Virus record (IMG/VR): IMGVR_UViG_3300032116_000119
DNA: 64,000 nt
Strand: one strand, 5' to 3'
From: an uncultured virus (IMG/VR IMGVR_UViG_3300032116_000119)
Taxonomy: Duplodnaviria > Heunggongvirae > Uroviricota > Caudoviricetes
In this document: piece after piece, positions 18,291-27,286 of the stretch
How positions within the stretch are numbered: position 1 is the first letter of the stretch
Layout of the letters: each line of letters starts with the position of its first letter
Made by a program: the position numbers and the translations under genes
Notes under the pieces: model-generated
What the model was told of the DNA's origin: nothing
Database searches by the model: none
What the model saw: the letters and a program-made list of their open reading frames with translations, nothing else

Positions 18291-18746
18291 ATGGCAACAG
18301 TCGATAAAGACTTCAAGGTCAAGAATGGACTAGTCGTAACTAACGGCGGTACATTCGGAGGCGCAGTAACAGTAGGAACCCCTACAAGTGCAGCACATGC
18401 AGCGACTAAGGCTTATGTAGATTCCCTAACAGGATCTATGGCTGTTGGCCCAACTGCTCCTTCATCTCCAACAAATGGAACTCAGTGGTTGGATACTCTA
18501 ACAAACCGAGTTAACTTCTATTACAATGGAACTTGGTATACCCAAGCAACTATTGATGATACAAATAATCTTCCGCAGCACATTCACGATACCGCAATTG
18601 ATGGAACTGGATTTATCGTGTCTCAATTCTACGAAGGTGGATCTTTTAATAGCCCACTTGGAATAGGAATAGACGCAGGTGGACCAGATACAACAGAGTG
18701 GACAGTCGTATTTGATGGCGGTAGCGTAGTAGATAATTTCAATTAA
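18291..18746 (+). CDS. Short fibre protein with the same N-terminus as 16698
   Basis: MATVDKDFKVKNGL vs MATVNKDFKVKNGL; HAATKAYVD. Confidence 0.7.
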   Translation: MATVDKDFKVKNGLVVTNGGTFGGAVTVGTPTSAAHAATKAYVDSLTGSMAVGPTAPSSPTNGTQWLDTLTNRVNFYYNGTWYTQATIDDTNNLPQHIHDTAIDGTGFIVSQFYEGGSFNSPLGIGIDAGGPDTTEWTVVFDGGSVVDNFN

Positions 18747-18802
18747 AAAATTGATGTTATAATAAGACTAGTTCATGGGAAGAACCCATAAGGAGAAGAT
18801 AA

Positions 18803-20968
18803 ATGGCAACAAGAATGCAACAGCGCAGAGGAACTGCAGCACAATGGACGGCTGCTAACCCAGTTCTCGCAGCAGGTGAAATCGGTTTTGAAACTGACAC
18901 AAATAAATTTAAAATGGGTAATGGATCATCAGCATGGTCCGCATTACAATACTTTGCTAATGCAGCAGAACTAGCAGCAATAATTGACGGCGCTCCAGAC
19001 CTTCTTAACACTCTCAATGAACTAGCAGCGGCTATCGGAGATGATCCTTCATTTTTAACAACAGTAGCAACAAACCTTTCTACACATGCATCTGATACAA
19101 GCAGTGTTCACGGTATTGCAGATACAACAGTTCTTGTAACACAAACAAACCTTACGGATGCAATCGCAAATGCAACAGTAGATCAAGCAGCACTTGCTGG
19201 AACTGGCCTTGATTGGAATGCTATAGATGAAAGATTTGATATTGATTCTACAGTTGCAACAAAAACTTATGCAGATAACTCAGTAACTGTACACTCACAA
19301 GATACTACTGGTGTACATGGTATTGAAGATACAGCAAATCTAGTAACACTAGCAGGATCTCAGTCTTTAACAAATAAAACATTACAGTCTCCAGTAATCA
19401 ATAGTCCAACTGGAATTGCTAAAGGTGATGTTGGACTTGGTAACGTAGATAATACAGCAGATGCTGATAAGCCAGTATCAACAGCAGTACAAACTGAACT
19501 TGATCTCAAGGCTCCAAAGAATTCCCCAGTATTTACTGGTAACGTTGTTGGTATTACCAAAACAATGGTTGGCCTCGGTGACGTAGATAATTCTAGCGAT
19601 AATGATAAGCCAGTTTCAACTGCTCAACAAGCAGCACTAGATCTTAAGGCTAACTTAGAATCCCCAACATTTACTGGAACTGTGGGAGGAATCACAAAAG
19701 CAATGATTGGCCTTGCAAATGCAGACAATACTTCTGATTCCGACAAGCCAGTTTCCATGGCAACAGATGCAGCATTAGGTCTTAAATTATCGCTTGCTGG
19801 AGGCACAATGACAGGAGCACTTACACTTTCAGGTGCACCTTCATCAGATCTTCATGCTGCTACAAAGGCATATGTTGATGCTGCAACAGCAGGATTAAAT
19901 GTTCATGCATCAGTTCAAGCAGCCACAACAGCAAACATAACATTAAGCGGAACTCAGACAATTGATGGAATTTCAGTTGTTGCAGGAAACAGAGTGCTAG
20001 TTAAGAATCAAGCAACAGATTCAGAAAATGGTATTTATGTAGTTGCATCTGGTTCATGGACAAGAGCGACAGACTATAACTCAATTCCAGAAGTGGATGC
20101 TGGTGACTTTATATTCGTAGAGGCTGGAACCTCAAATGGTAAAACGGGATGGGTACAGACTAATACTATTACGACACTAGATACAGATGCAATTGTATTT
20201 ACACAATTTTCTGGTACTGGTACATTTACAGCAGGAGATGGTTTAACACTAACAGGAACATCTTTTAGTGTTAATAACTCAATTGCAAGATTAGCAAGCC
20301 CAACATTTACTGGTACCGTTTCAGGTATTACAAAATCAATGGTTGGTCTAGGCAACGTAGATAATACATCAGATGCTGATAAGCCAGTATCAACTGCCAC
20401 ACAGACAGCATTAGATCTCAAAGCAAACCTTGCATCTCCAACATTTACAGGTACCGTTTCAGGTATCACAAAATCAATGGTTGGACTTGGAAATGTTGAT
20501 AATACTTCCGATGCTAATAAGCCAGTTTCAACTGCTGCACAAACAGCACTTGATCTCAAGGCTCCACTTGCTTCTCCAACATTTACAGGTACTGTAACAG
20601 TATCTGCTTCTGGAGTTGCATTTACAGATGGAACTCAGACAAAAGAAGGCGTTCCTTCAAGAACAACAATTATTCCAAAAACAGCATCTTACACACTATC
20701 ATCACTTGGAGAAAGAGACTGTTTAATAGAAATGGGTAGCGGTTCAGCATTAACTCTTACAATTCCAACAAATGCAACAGTCGCATGGCCAGTAGGAACA
20801 TCAATTGATATCCTTCAAACTGGAGCAGGACAAGTTACAATTGCTGGCGCAGGCGGAGTTACAGTTAATGCTACACCAGGACTTAAACTACGTACTCAAT
20901 GGTCATCTGCAACTCTAATGAAGAGAGCAACAGACTCATGGGTAGTCGTAGGAGACTTAACAGCATAA
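18803..20968 (+). CDS. Long tail fibre protein with Mtd-N-like N-terminus
   Basis: RRGTAAQW..NPVLAAGEIGFETDT; five GLGNVDNTSD.DKPVS-type repeats; conserved C-terminal tip domain. Confidence 0.8.
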   Translation: MATRMQQRRGTAAQWTAANPVLAAGEIGFETDTNKFKMGNGSSAWSALQYFANAAELAAIIDGAPDLLNTLNELAAAIGDDPSFLTTVATNLSTHASDTSSVHGIADTTVLVTQTNLTDAIANATVDQAALAGTGLDWNAIDERFDIDSTVATKTYADNSVTVHSQDTTGVHGIEDTANLVTLAGSQSLTNKTLQSPVINSPTGIAKGDVGLGNVDNTADADKPVSTAVQTELDLKAPKNSPVFTGNVVGITKTMVGLGDVDNSSDNDKPVSTAQQAALDLKANLESPTFTGTVGGITKAMIGLANADNTSDSDKPVSMATDAALGLKLSLAGGTMTGALTLSGAPSSDLHAATKAYVDAATAGLNVHASVQAATTANITLSGTQTIDGISVVAGNRVLVKNQATDSENGIYVVASGSWTRATDYNSIPEVDAGDFIFVEAGTSNGKTGWVQTNTITTLDTDAIVFTQFSGTGTFTAGDGLTLTGTSFSVNNSIARLASPTFTGTVSGITKSMVGLGNVDNTSDADKPVSTATQTALDLKANLASPTFTGTVSGITKSMVGLGNVDNTSDANKPVSTAAQTALDLKAPLASPTFTGTVTVSASGVAFTDGTQTKEGVPSRTTIIPKTASYTLSSLGERDCLIEMGSGSALTLTIPTNATVAWPVGTSIDILQTGAGQVTIAGAGGVTVNATPGLKLRTQWSSATLMKRATDSWVVVGDLTA

Positions 20969-20997
20969 CAAAATAAAGAAAAAAGGGAGCAATATAA

Positions 20998-21897
20998 ATG
21001 GCAAAGAAAGAATTAGGTTCAAAGGCTTTAGCACAGAATGACTTTTTAGAGCCAAAACCACCTGTGTCTGTTATAGCAACAGATGTAGGAACAAATAGAC
21101 CATACAATAATGGAGCAGCATCAGTTTCTTTTTCTCTTCCAGCAGGTTCTCCAGCAGCAACAAGTTATACAGTAACATCTTCTCCAGGATCTTTAACAGC
21201 ATCAGGATCGTCTTCACCAATAACAATAACTGGCTTATCTAGTTCTACAAATTATACTTTTACGGTAACAGCAACAAATGCTTCTGGAACATCTGCTCCA
21301 TCAAGCCCATCTAGTTCTATTCCTATTACAACAGTACCACAGGCTCCCCAAAGTCCAAGTGTAAATGCACAATCAGCAAACGTAAACAGAATTATATGGA
21401 CTACGCCAGCAAATGGTGGAAAAACATTAGGAAATTATTCAATTACTGGATCTGATGGAACATCTTATAATAATATTGCTGGAACAGTAAGTGGATCACA
21501 AACATACTATGATGCAACAGATAACACACCTTCTGCCAGTTCTCCAGGATCACAAACATATACTATCACTGCAACTAACGCAAATGGATCTTCATTAACT
21601 GCAACAACTGGTTCTGTTAATACTACTCCCCCATTTTTCCCACCATCATTCCCATTCTTCCCATTCTTCCCACCATTCTTCCCACCATCATTCTGTCCGT
21701 TCTTCCCATTCTTCCCACCATTCTTCCCACCATCATTCTGTCCGTTCTTCCCATTCTTCCCACCATTCTTCCCACCGAACTTCTGTCCGTTCTTCCCACC
21801 GAACTTCTGTCCGTTCTTCCCACCGAACTTCTGTCCGTTCTTCCCACCATCGTTCTGTCCTTGGTTCCCATACTTTAGTGGTGGCGGATCTGTATAA
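20998..21897 (+). CDS. FN3-domain protein with a C-terminal Pro/Phe/Cys repeat tract
   Basis: Two FN3-like repeats (ITGL...NYTFTVTATNASG); ~83 aa of PFFPP(S/N)FC. Confidence 0.8.
   Translation: MAKKELGSKALAQNDFLEPKPPVSVIATDVGTNRPYNNGAASVSFSLPAGSPAATSYTVTSSPGSLTASGSSSPITITGLSSSTNYTFTVTATNASGTSAPSSPSSSIPITTVPQAPQSPSVNAQSANVNRIIWTTPANGGKTLGNYSITGSDGTSYNNIAGTVSGSQTYYDATDNTPSASSPGSQTYTITATNANGSSLTATTGSVNTTPPFFPPSFPFFPFFPPFFPPSFCPFFPFFPPFFPPSFCPFFPFFPPFFPPNFCPFFPPNFCPFFPPNFCPFFPPSFCPWFPYFSGGGSV
21628..21876 (+). repeat. Tandem coding repeat with 24-nt and 45-nt units
   Basis: ccgttcttcccaccgaacttctgt-type units; nearly all Phe codons are TTC. Confidence 0.9.
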
Positions 21898-21928
21898 ACT
21901 AATACTTAATTAGTAAAATATATAAAAG

Positions 21929-21964
21929 TTATACCATACTGAAATAAATTCGGTATGGTATAAT
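21929..21964. promoter_or_regulatory. 15-bp inverted repeat whose right arm contains the -10 of the oxygenase cluster
   Basis: TTATACCATACTGAA-ATAAA-TTCGGTATGGTATAA; TGGTATAAT at 21956-21964. Confidence 0.7.
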
Positions 21965-21971
21965 TTATTTT

Positions 21972-22676
21972 ATGGAAAAAAAAATAGAATGGTATGATAT
22001 TCCAAGATTAGAAAATACAAAAAACAGATTGTCAAATCGTTTAATTAAAAATAATATTGAAGTTATTAACTTAGAGTATGGAATTAACCTTTATAGAAAT
22101 GCTATACCAAAAGACCAATGTCTAAGCATAATCGATAGACTTGAACGTGGAGCAATGAGTGAATCTTTTGAAATGTCTTGGAATGGAGCACAAGTAAATG
22201 ATAAAGAGGATACATATCATGTAAGAAATTGTGTAGATATAAAATATAAAAGAGAACATTTGGGAACTATATTAAAATTTGATCAAGATATGTTTGATAT
22301 TCATAAAGAGGTAGAGGATGCACTAGATAAATGCCTAGAAGATTATCAGTCTTTATGGCATTTACAGATGTTTTATAAAGAAGCATTTAATTTTGTAAAA
22401 TATTTACCAGGCAAATATTTTAAACTTCACGGTGATCACGGACCATACTATTCATGCACAATATCTGCTGTAGTTTATTTAAATGATAATTATACAGGTG
22501 GAGAAATAGAATTTCCTAGACAGTTATTAAAAATAAAACCAAAGGCTGGCGACATTATTATTTTTCCATCAAACTTTGTTTATGAGCACTCATCTCATGA
22601 AATTTTTGACGGTACAAAGTATTCAGTAGTAATAATGACAGATTATAACGATTTACATCATAAGTCGCAGTTATGA
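21972..22676 (+). CDS. 2OG-Fe(II) oxygenase, prolyl-4-hydroxylase-like
   Basis: HGD...YLNDNYTGGE...FPSNFVYEH...GTKYS. Confidence 0.88.
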   Translation: MEKKIEWYDIPRLENTKNRLSNRLIKNNIEVINLEYGINLYRNAIPKDQCLSIIDRLERGAMSESFEMSWNGAQVNDKEDTYHVRNCVDIKYKREHLGTILKFDQDMFDIHKEVEDALDKCLEDYQSLWHLQMFYKEAFNFVKYLPGKYFKLHGDHGPYYSCTISAVVYLNDNYTGGEIEFPRQLLKIKPKAGDIIIFPSNFVYEHSSHEIFDGTKYSVVIMTDYNDLHHKSQL

Positions 22677-22706
22677 TATAATTTATACATATAGAAGGGT
22701 AATAAA

Positions 22707-23408
22707 ATGGATCAAATAGGCACTAGCATAAACAGCAATGTTACAGGCAAAATTCCTGAACAAACCTGGTCATCTTTTGAAAATCTTGGAAATGGAATTT
22801 TTGTATATAGAGATGTTCTTCCAAAAAGTTTAGACATAATTAATAGACTTGAAAGTAATCTTGCAACAGAAAATGAAAGATATTCTTGGCAACCAGCATA
22901 TGTTGGTTATATGCAAACTATGCCAGACTATAGAGATTGTGTAGATTTTAAATTTAAAAAAACAGACATACAAGATGATTTAAGTCAAGAATCATTAAAT
23001 CTTCAATCTTTATGGCAAGATTGTTATGATAGAAAAAAACCAGCAGTTGATCACTACAGAAGATTTTTTAATATTGGAGATTTAAGATATTGGGAAGCAA
23101 TGAATTTTATTAAATATAATAAAGGACAACATTTTCAATATCATCATGACCACGGATTTTCGTATAACTGTACAGTATCCTTAGTAGCATATGTTAATGA
23201 TGACTACGAAGAGGGCGGATTACATTTTCAATTACAAGATCTTTTGGTAAAGCCAAAGGCTGGAGACTTATACATATTCCCTTCAAACTATATGTATAGC
23301 CACAGAGCAATGCCAGTAAAATCTGGAACTAAATATTCTATAGTTACAATGTTAGACTATAGTGCAAAATTTCACACTCCAGAAATTTATAGAGAAACTG
23401 GCGACTAG
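22707..23408 (+). CDS. 2OG-Fe(II) oxygenase, prolyl-4-hydroxylase-like
   Basis: HHD...YVNDDYEEGG...FPSNYMYSH...GTKYS. Confidence 0.88.
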   Translation: MDQIGTSINSNVTGKIPEQTWSSFENLGNGIFVYRDVLPKSLDIINRLESNLATENERYSWQPAYVGYMQTMPDYRDCVDFKFKKTDIQDDLSQESLNLQSLWQDCYDRKKPAVDHYRRFFNIGDLRYWEAMNFIKYNKGQHFQYHHDHGFSYNCTVSLVAYVNDDYEEGGLHFQLQDLLVKPKAGDLYIFPSNYMYSHRAMPVKSGTKYSIVTMLDYSAKFHTPEIYRETGD

Positions 23409-24148
23409 TGTCTAGCATTAATGTATATCAGCCAAAAAACTCTAAGGTAAATTTTTCTACAGTTCCTATAAAAAGAGATTGGATGGACAATACATTTGAT
23501 AAACATGCATATAGATGTTTCCCAGTGTCATTGGCAAATACTTTAGGGTGGACATTCTCTTATCCAGAAGATATTTCTTTTATTTGGGACGGAATATCAG
23601 ATTCATCAGACTCACATGTAAAGGTTTTAAATGGAGAAGAGTATGTTTTTACAAATAGAGCAAATGCAACTATAAGTTTTAATAGCACTTTAAATTTTAG
23701 AACTGATGAAAATGTTAGTCTTTTGTTAATGCCAGTTCCAAATCAGTTTATAGACGGTGTACAAGGTTTTACAACAATAATTAGTACATCTGTTTTAGAT
23801 ACAGCATTACCATATGCTTGGAAAATAACAAAGGCAAATGAGGTAATAACAATTCCAGCAAATACACCAATTGTCTCTATTGTTCCAATAAGTTTAACAG
23901 ATATTCAAAATACAGAAGTTAATTTGCACGATGAAAACTTTAGTCAAGAATATTATCAAAAAATTTCAGAGTATGGGAAACGATCTGGAGAAATAACAAA
24001 AGGTGGAGAGTGGACCAATTTTTATAGAGATGCTGTTGATCATTTAGGAAATAAACAGGGAAGTCATGAGACTAAAAGTTTAAAGTTAAAGTTTTCTGAC
24101 TATAGAAATCCAAATGCTATAATTAAAGGAATGGACTTTAATAAATAA
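23408..24148 (+). CDS. DUF6065-like protein
   Basis: KRDWMD...HAYRCFPVSLANTLGW signature. Confidence 0.65.
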   Translation: MSSINVYQPKNSKVNFSTVPIKRDWMDNTFDKHAYRCFPVSLANTLGWTFSYPEDISFIWDGISDSSDSHVKVLNGEEYVFTNRANATISFNSTLNFRTDENVSLLLMPVPNQFIDGVQGFTTIISTSVLDTALPYAWKITKANEVITIPANTPIVSIVPISLTDIQNTEVNLHDENFSQEYYQKISEYGKRSGEITKGGEWTNFYRDAVDHLGNKQGSHETKSLKLKFSDYRNPNAIIKGMDFNK

Positions 24149-24882
24149 TGAATACAGAAAAAATAACATTTTTAGCAAATAGAGTTTGGCTATCAAAAGA
24201 AAGTGTGTCTACTCCAAAGCCAATACTTAAAACAATACCAGATTGGTTTAGAAAAGCAGATAGATTCTTTAAATCTCCTATTGATGATTCTTTTGTAATA
24301 GGACCAGATAATGGAAAAATACCAACATGGAAGGCCTGTCCAGCAATTTTTGATATTATGGGAACTGGGTATTCTTTAAATACTCCATGCGATATTGAGT
24401 TTTATATGACAGAATCTGGAATTAAGCACAAAGTTTTAGACGATAAGTATAAAGATTTTATTCAAGTAAGACAAGAAATGCCACAGTTTGAGCATCCGAG
24501 GGGATATTATAAAGAACATTTTGCATTGACCTGTGATTGGCAAATCAAACTTCCAGAAGGATATAGCGCACTTTATTGTCACCCATTTAATAGATTTGAA
24601 CTTCCATTTTTAGTAACAAGTGGAATAATTGATAATGATAAAGTTCATCTTCCAGGATCTTTACCATTTTTTATTTCGGAAGGGTTTGAGGGAGTTATCC
24701 CCGCTGGCACTATTTATTCTCAAGTGATACCATTTAAAAGAGAAAACTGGACTTCAGAAATAATTGAACAAGAAAATGCTTTAGAACTAATGAGACAAAA
24801 AGCAGCAAATGCTGCAAAATACCGCAAACCAGACGGTGGAATATATAAAAATGAAGTTTGGGAACAAAGAAAATACGAATAG
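24148..24882 (+). CDS. DUF6065-related protein (distant paralog of the upstream gene)
   Basis: KACPAIFD..GTGY..TPCDI and IPAGT...VIPFKRE align with CFP..ANTLGW..YPEDI and IPANTP...VPI. Confidence 0.55.
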   Translation: MNTEKITFLANRVWLSKESVSTPKPILKTIPDWFRKADRFFKSPIDDSFVIGPDNGKIPTWKACPAIFDIMGTGYSLNTPCDIEFYMTESGIKHKVLDDKYKDFIQVRQEMPQFEHPRGYYKEHFALTCDWQIKLPEGYSALYCHPFNRFELPFLVTSGIIDNDKVHLPGSLPFFISEGFEGVIPAGTIYSQVIPFKRENWTSEIIEQENALELMRQKAANAAKYRKPDGGIYKNEVWEQRKYE

Positions 24883-24901
24883 TGAATGGTATAATATAAA
24901 A

Positions 24902-25576
24902 ATGAATAGTGTAGAATATCTGAATAGCGGTACAAATAATCCAAAATCTATAACCCCATCTGGATTTTTTGGCACATCTGCAGGAAATATTCAGGCAAGA
25001 GAAAACTTTATGACAGCCGAAGAGTTAAATTTTTTATCAGATGCTGGTAAAAAAATAACAATTTGGGATATAACAGAAACTCATTATAATGAAGAGGGTA
25101 CTGTTATTTATGATCATAAGTATTGGGAAAATAGAGTTGCAACTCCACCAAGTTTAAATAAGAATAATTCAGATATTGTTCCAATTATTTCAAATATGCA
25201 ACAAAGATTAAAAATAGAAGTAGATAATTTTTTTAATGTAGATGCTCATCCAACACCACCTGCAATTGTTAGATGGTTACCAGGTCAGTTGCAGATGCCA
25301 CATGCAGACAAAGAACTTCATGAAGGAGAAAATGCTGGGAAACCTAATGATTTTCCATGGTACGATATTGCTGGGCTATTTTATTTAAACGATGACTACG
25401 AAGGTGGAGAACTATATTTTCCAAATCAAAAAATACAATTTAAACCAAAGGCTGGAGCAGCATATTTTTTCCCAGGAGATAAAAATTATATACATGGAGT
25501 AACTGAAATAACAAAAGGCATTAGATATGTTGTGCCATTTTTTTTCACAATCATGTCTCACAAAGAGGTAAAATAA
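24902..25576 (+). CDS. 2OG-Fe(II) oxygenase, prolyl-hydroxylase-like, leaderless
   Basis: HAD...YLNDDYEGGE...HGV...RY; TGGTATAAT at 24887-24895. Confidence 0.88.
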   Translation: MNSVEYLNSGTNNPKSITPSGFFGTSAGNIQARENFMTAEELNFLSDAGKKITIWDITETHYNEEGTVIYDHKYWENRVATPPSLNKNNSDIVPIISNMQQRLKIEVDNFFNVDAHPTPPAIVRWLPGQLQMPHADKELHEGENAGKPNDFPWYDIAGLFYLNDDYEGGELYFPNQKIQFKPKAGAAYFFPGDKNYIHGVTEITKGIRYVVPFFFTIMSHKEVK

Positions 25577-25577
25577 T

Positions 25578-26402
25578 ATGAAAAGTTTTGAAATAAAAAA
25601 TATAGATACGAATATTTCTGTTTTTACTGGATTAATTCCAAATGCTAAAAGAATGGTAGAAATATTTAAACAATCTGAAAAAGATCAGTCCTCTACTTTT
25701 TTATTTAAAGACTGGAGAGACTGGAGTAGATTTGGAAGTTATGTATGGCAAATAGGAAATTATTTAGATATGACAAAAGACTTTTCTAACGAGCCAACAT
25801 ATTTAGAAGAGCAGTCTTTATTGAATGAGATTAATGATGCCTTTAATGTTGCAACATTAACCTATTTAAAAAATCGTGGATTAGAAAAAGGTAATGACTG
25901 GGTTATAATGGGTCCATCAATATCAAAATATAACCATAAAAATGTTGCTCCAGAAGAACTTAAAAATATTGGCCTTGAAATGACATATCATACAGACTAC
26001 GTTACGCTAGAAGGTCATTGGCCTGGAAATAAATTTATTTTAACTTGCACTATGTATTTAAATGACGACTACGATGGTGGAGACATAGTTTTTAGATTGC
26101 CGAATAAAACTTTTCTTAATTATAAGCCAAAAGCGGGAGATGTCCTTGTTTTTCCTTCAGGGCATCCAGAACTGTTGTCTGATGAAGGCAAATATTTGCA
26201 TGGCGTAAAAGCAATAAATAAAGAAGACAAATATTTAATTAGATGTTTTTATCAAAAGCCTTATGCAGGATCTAAAGAGTGGTTTGATGGAGAAGAAAAG
26301 TACGGTAAAGATGAGTGGTATAAAATGCAAAAAGAAAAGGTTGACAGAGAGCAGTCAGAATTTATGCGTATTCAATTAGAAGGAATGAAAAATGATAATT
26401 GA
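25578..26402 (+). CDS. 2OG-Fe(II) oxygenase, prolyl-hydroxylase-like
   Basis: HTD...YLNDDYDGGD...HGV...KY. Confidence 0.85.
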   Translation: MKSFEIKNIDTNISVFTGLIPNAKRMVEIFKQSEKDQSSTFLFKDWRDWSRFGSYVWQIGNYLDMTKDFSNEPTYLEEQSLLNEINDAFNVATLTYLKNRGLEKGNDWVIMGPSISKYNHKNVAPEELKNIGLEMTYHTDYVTLEGHWPGNKFILTCTMYLNDDYDGGDIVFRLPNKTFLNYKPKAGDVLVFPSGHPELLSDEGKYLHGVKAINKEDKYLIRCFYQKPYAGSKEWFDGEEKYGKDEWYKMQKEKVDREQSEFMRIQLEGMKNDN

Positions 26403-27198
26403 AAAAATACAAAAAGAAAACTTTATATATCATAAAAATGATGAAATAGATTTAAATAAAACAAAAGGTGTTTTAGGAATAACACACAATAAAATTGTAG
26501 AGATCCCAAATTTTATAAATAGTAAAACTGCAGAATCAATGATTTCATATTGGGAGTCAAAGGCTGACATGTGGGGAGATATTGCATTTTACGGTTCTCT
26601 TGGAATGGGTTTAGCCCCAGATGATCCAGAACTTGAAAAGCATGGCCTATATGGAAAATTTTTTGATGATTTAAAAAATAAATATCAAGAAGCAGTAGAG
26701 TTAGTTTTTGAAAGAAAGGTTAGACCAAATACATCTCACGCACAAAAATGGGATGAGGGAGGATTTGCTTCGCCACATTCTGATAATTCAGATTTTGAAG
26801 GAAATCCAAATGCTTTTGAAATAAATAAGTATGTTGGAATTCTGTATTTAAATGATAACTATGAAGGTGGAGAGTTATATTTTGTAAATGATACTGGAGA
26901 GGATTCTGGTAGTGTTGATATGGATGGTAAAAAAGTTCCAGTCTGGAGTGATCCATATTTATCTTTTAAGCCTAATGCCTACTCTTATTACATATTTCCT
27001 GGAGGCGTAGAAAATATTCACGGTGTTACTGAAATTCTAAAAGGAACAAGATATACGATGGTATCTTTTTGGGATTATGCAGAAATTGAATATGATCAGG
27101 AAACTTTAGACAAATGGGATGAGCAAGAAAAAGAAGTTCGTAGACAGCAGGCAATTCAAAAATTAGAATGGGCAAAGAAAGATAAAAAGCAAGACTAA
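26392..27198 (+). CDS. 2OG-Fe(II) oxygenase, prolyl-hydroxylase-like
   Basis: HSD...YLNDNYEGGE...HGV...RY. Confidence 0.88.
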   Translation: MIIEKIQKENFIYHKNDEIDLNKTKGVLGITHNKIVEIPNFINSKTAESMISYWESKADMWGDIAFYGSLGMGLAPDDPELEKHGLYGKFFDDLKNKYQEAVELVFERKVRPNTSHAQKWDEGGFASPHSDNSDFEGNPNAFEINKYVGILYLNDNYEGGELYFVNDTGEDSGSVDMDGKKVPVWSDPYLSFKPNAYSYYIFPGGVENIHGVTEILKGTRYTMVSFWDYAEIEYDQETLDKWDEQEKEVRRQQAIQKLEWAKKDKKQD

Positions 27199-27286
27199 GT
27201 ATAAACAATACAGTGAGAGTTTTACTTTTTGCAAAACTCTGCTATAATTAACACTTATTCCGTTTTTGAAAGGACGATTAAATATT

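Noticed and set aside
21623..21871. Minus-strand ORF with MVGRMGRTDR repeats
   Set aside because: Antisense shadow of the Pro/Phe repeat; stops are absent because of the repeat. A possible antisense -10 exists at the 21929 palindrome but there is no other coding evidence.
18803..21897. Diversity-generating retroelement suggested by the Mtd-N-like fibre N-terminus
   Set aside because: No reverse transcriptase in the window and no TR/VR pair differing at adenines; the repeats seen are exact or tandem coding repeats.
27216..27250. NrdR box or cobalamin riboswitch upstream of nrdJ
   Set aside because: The dyad does not match the NrdR consensus and the leader is too short (~35 nt) for a riboswitch.
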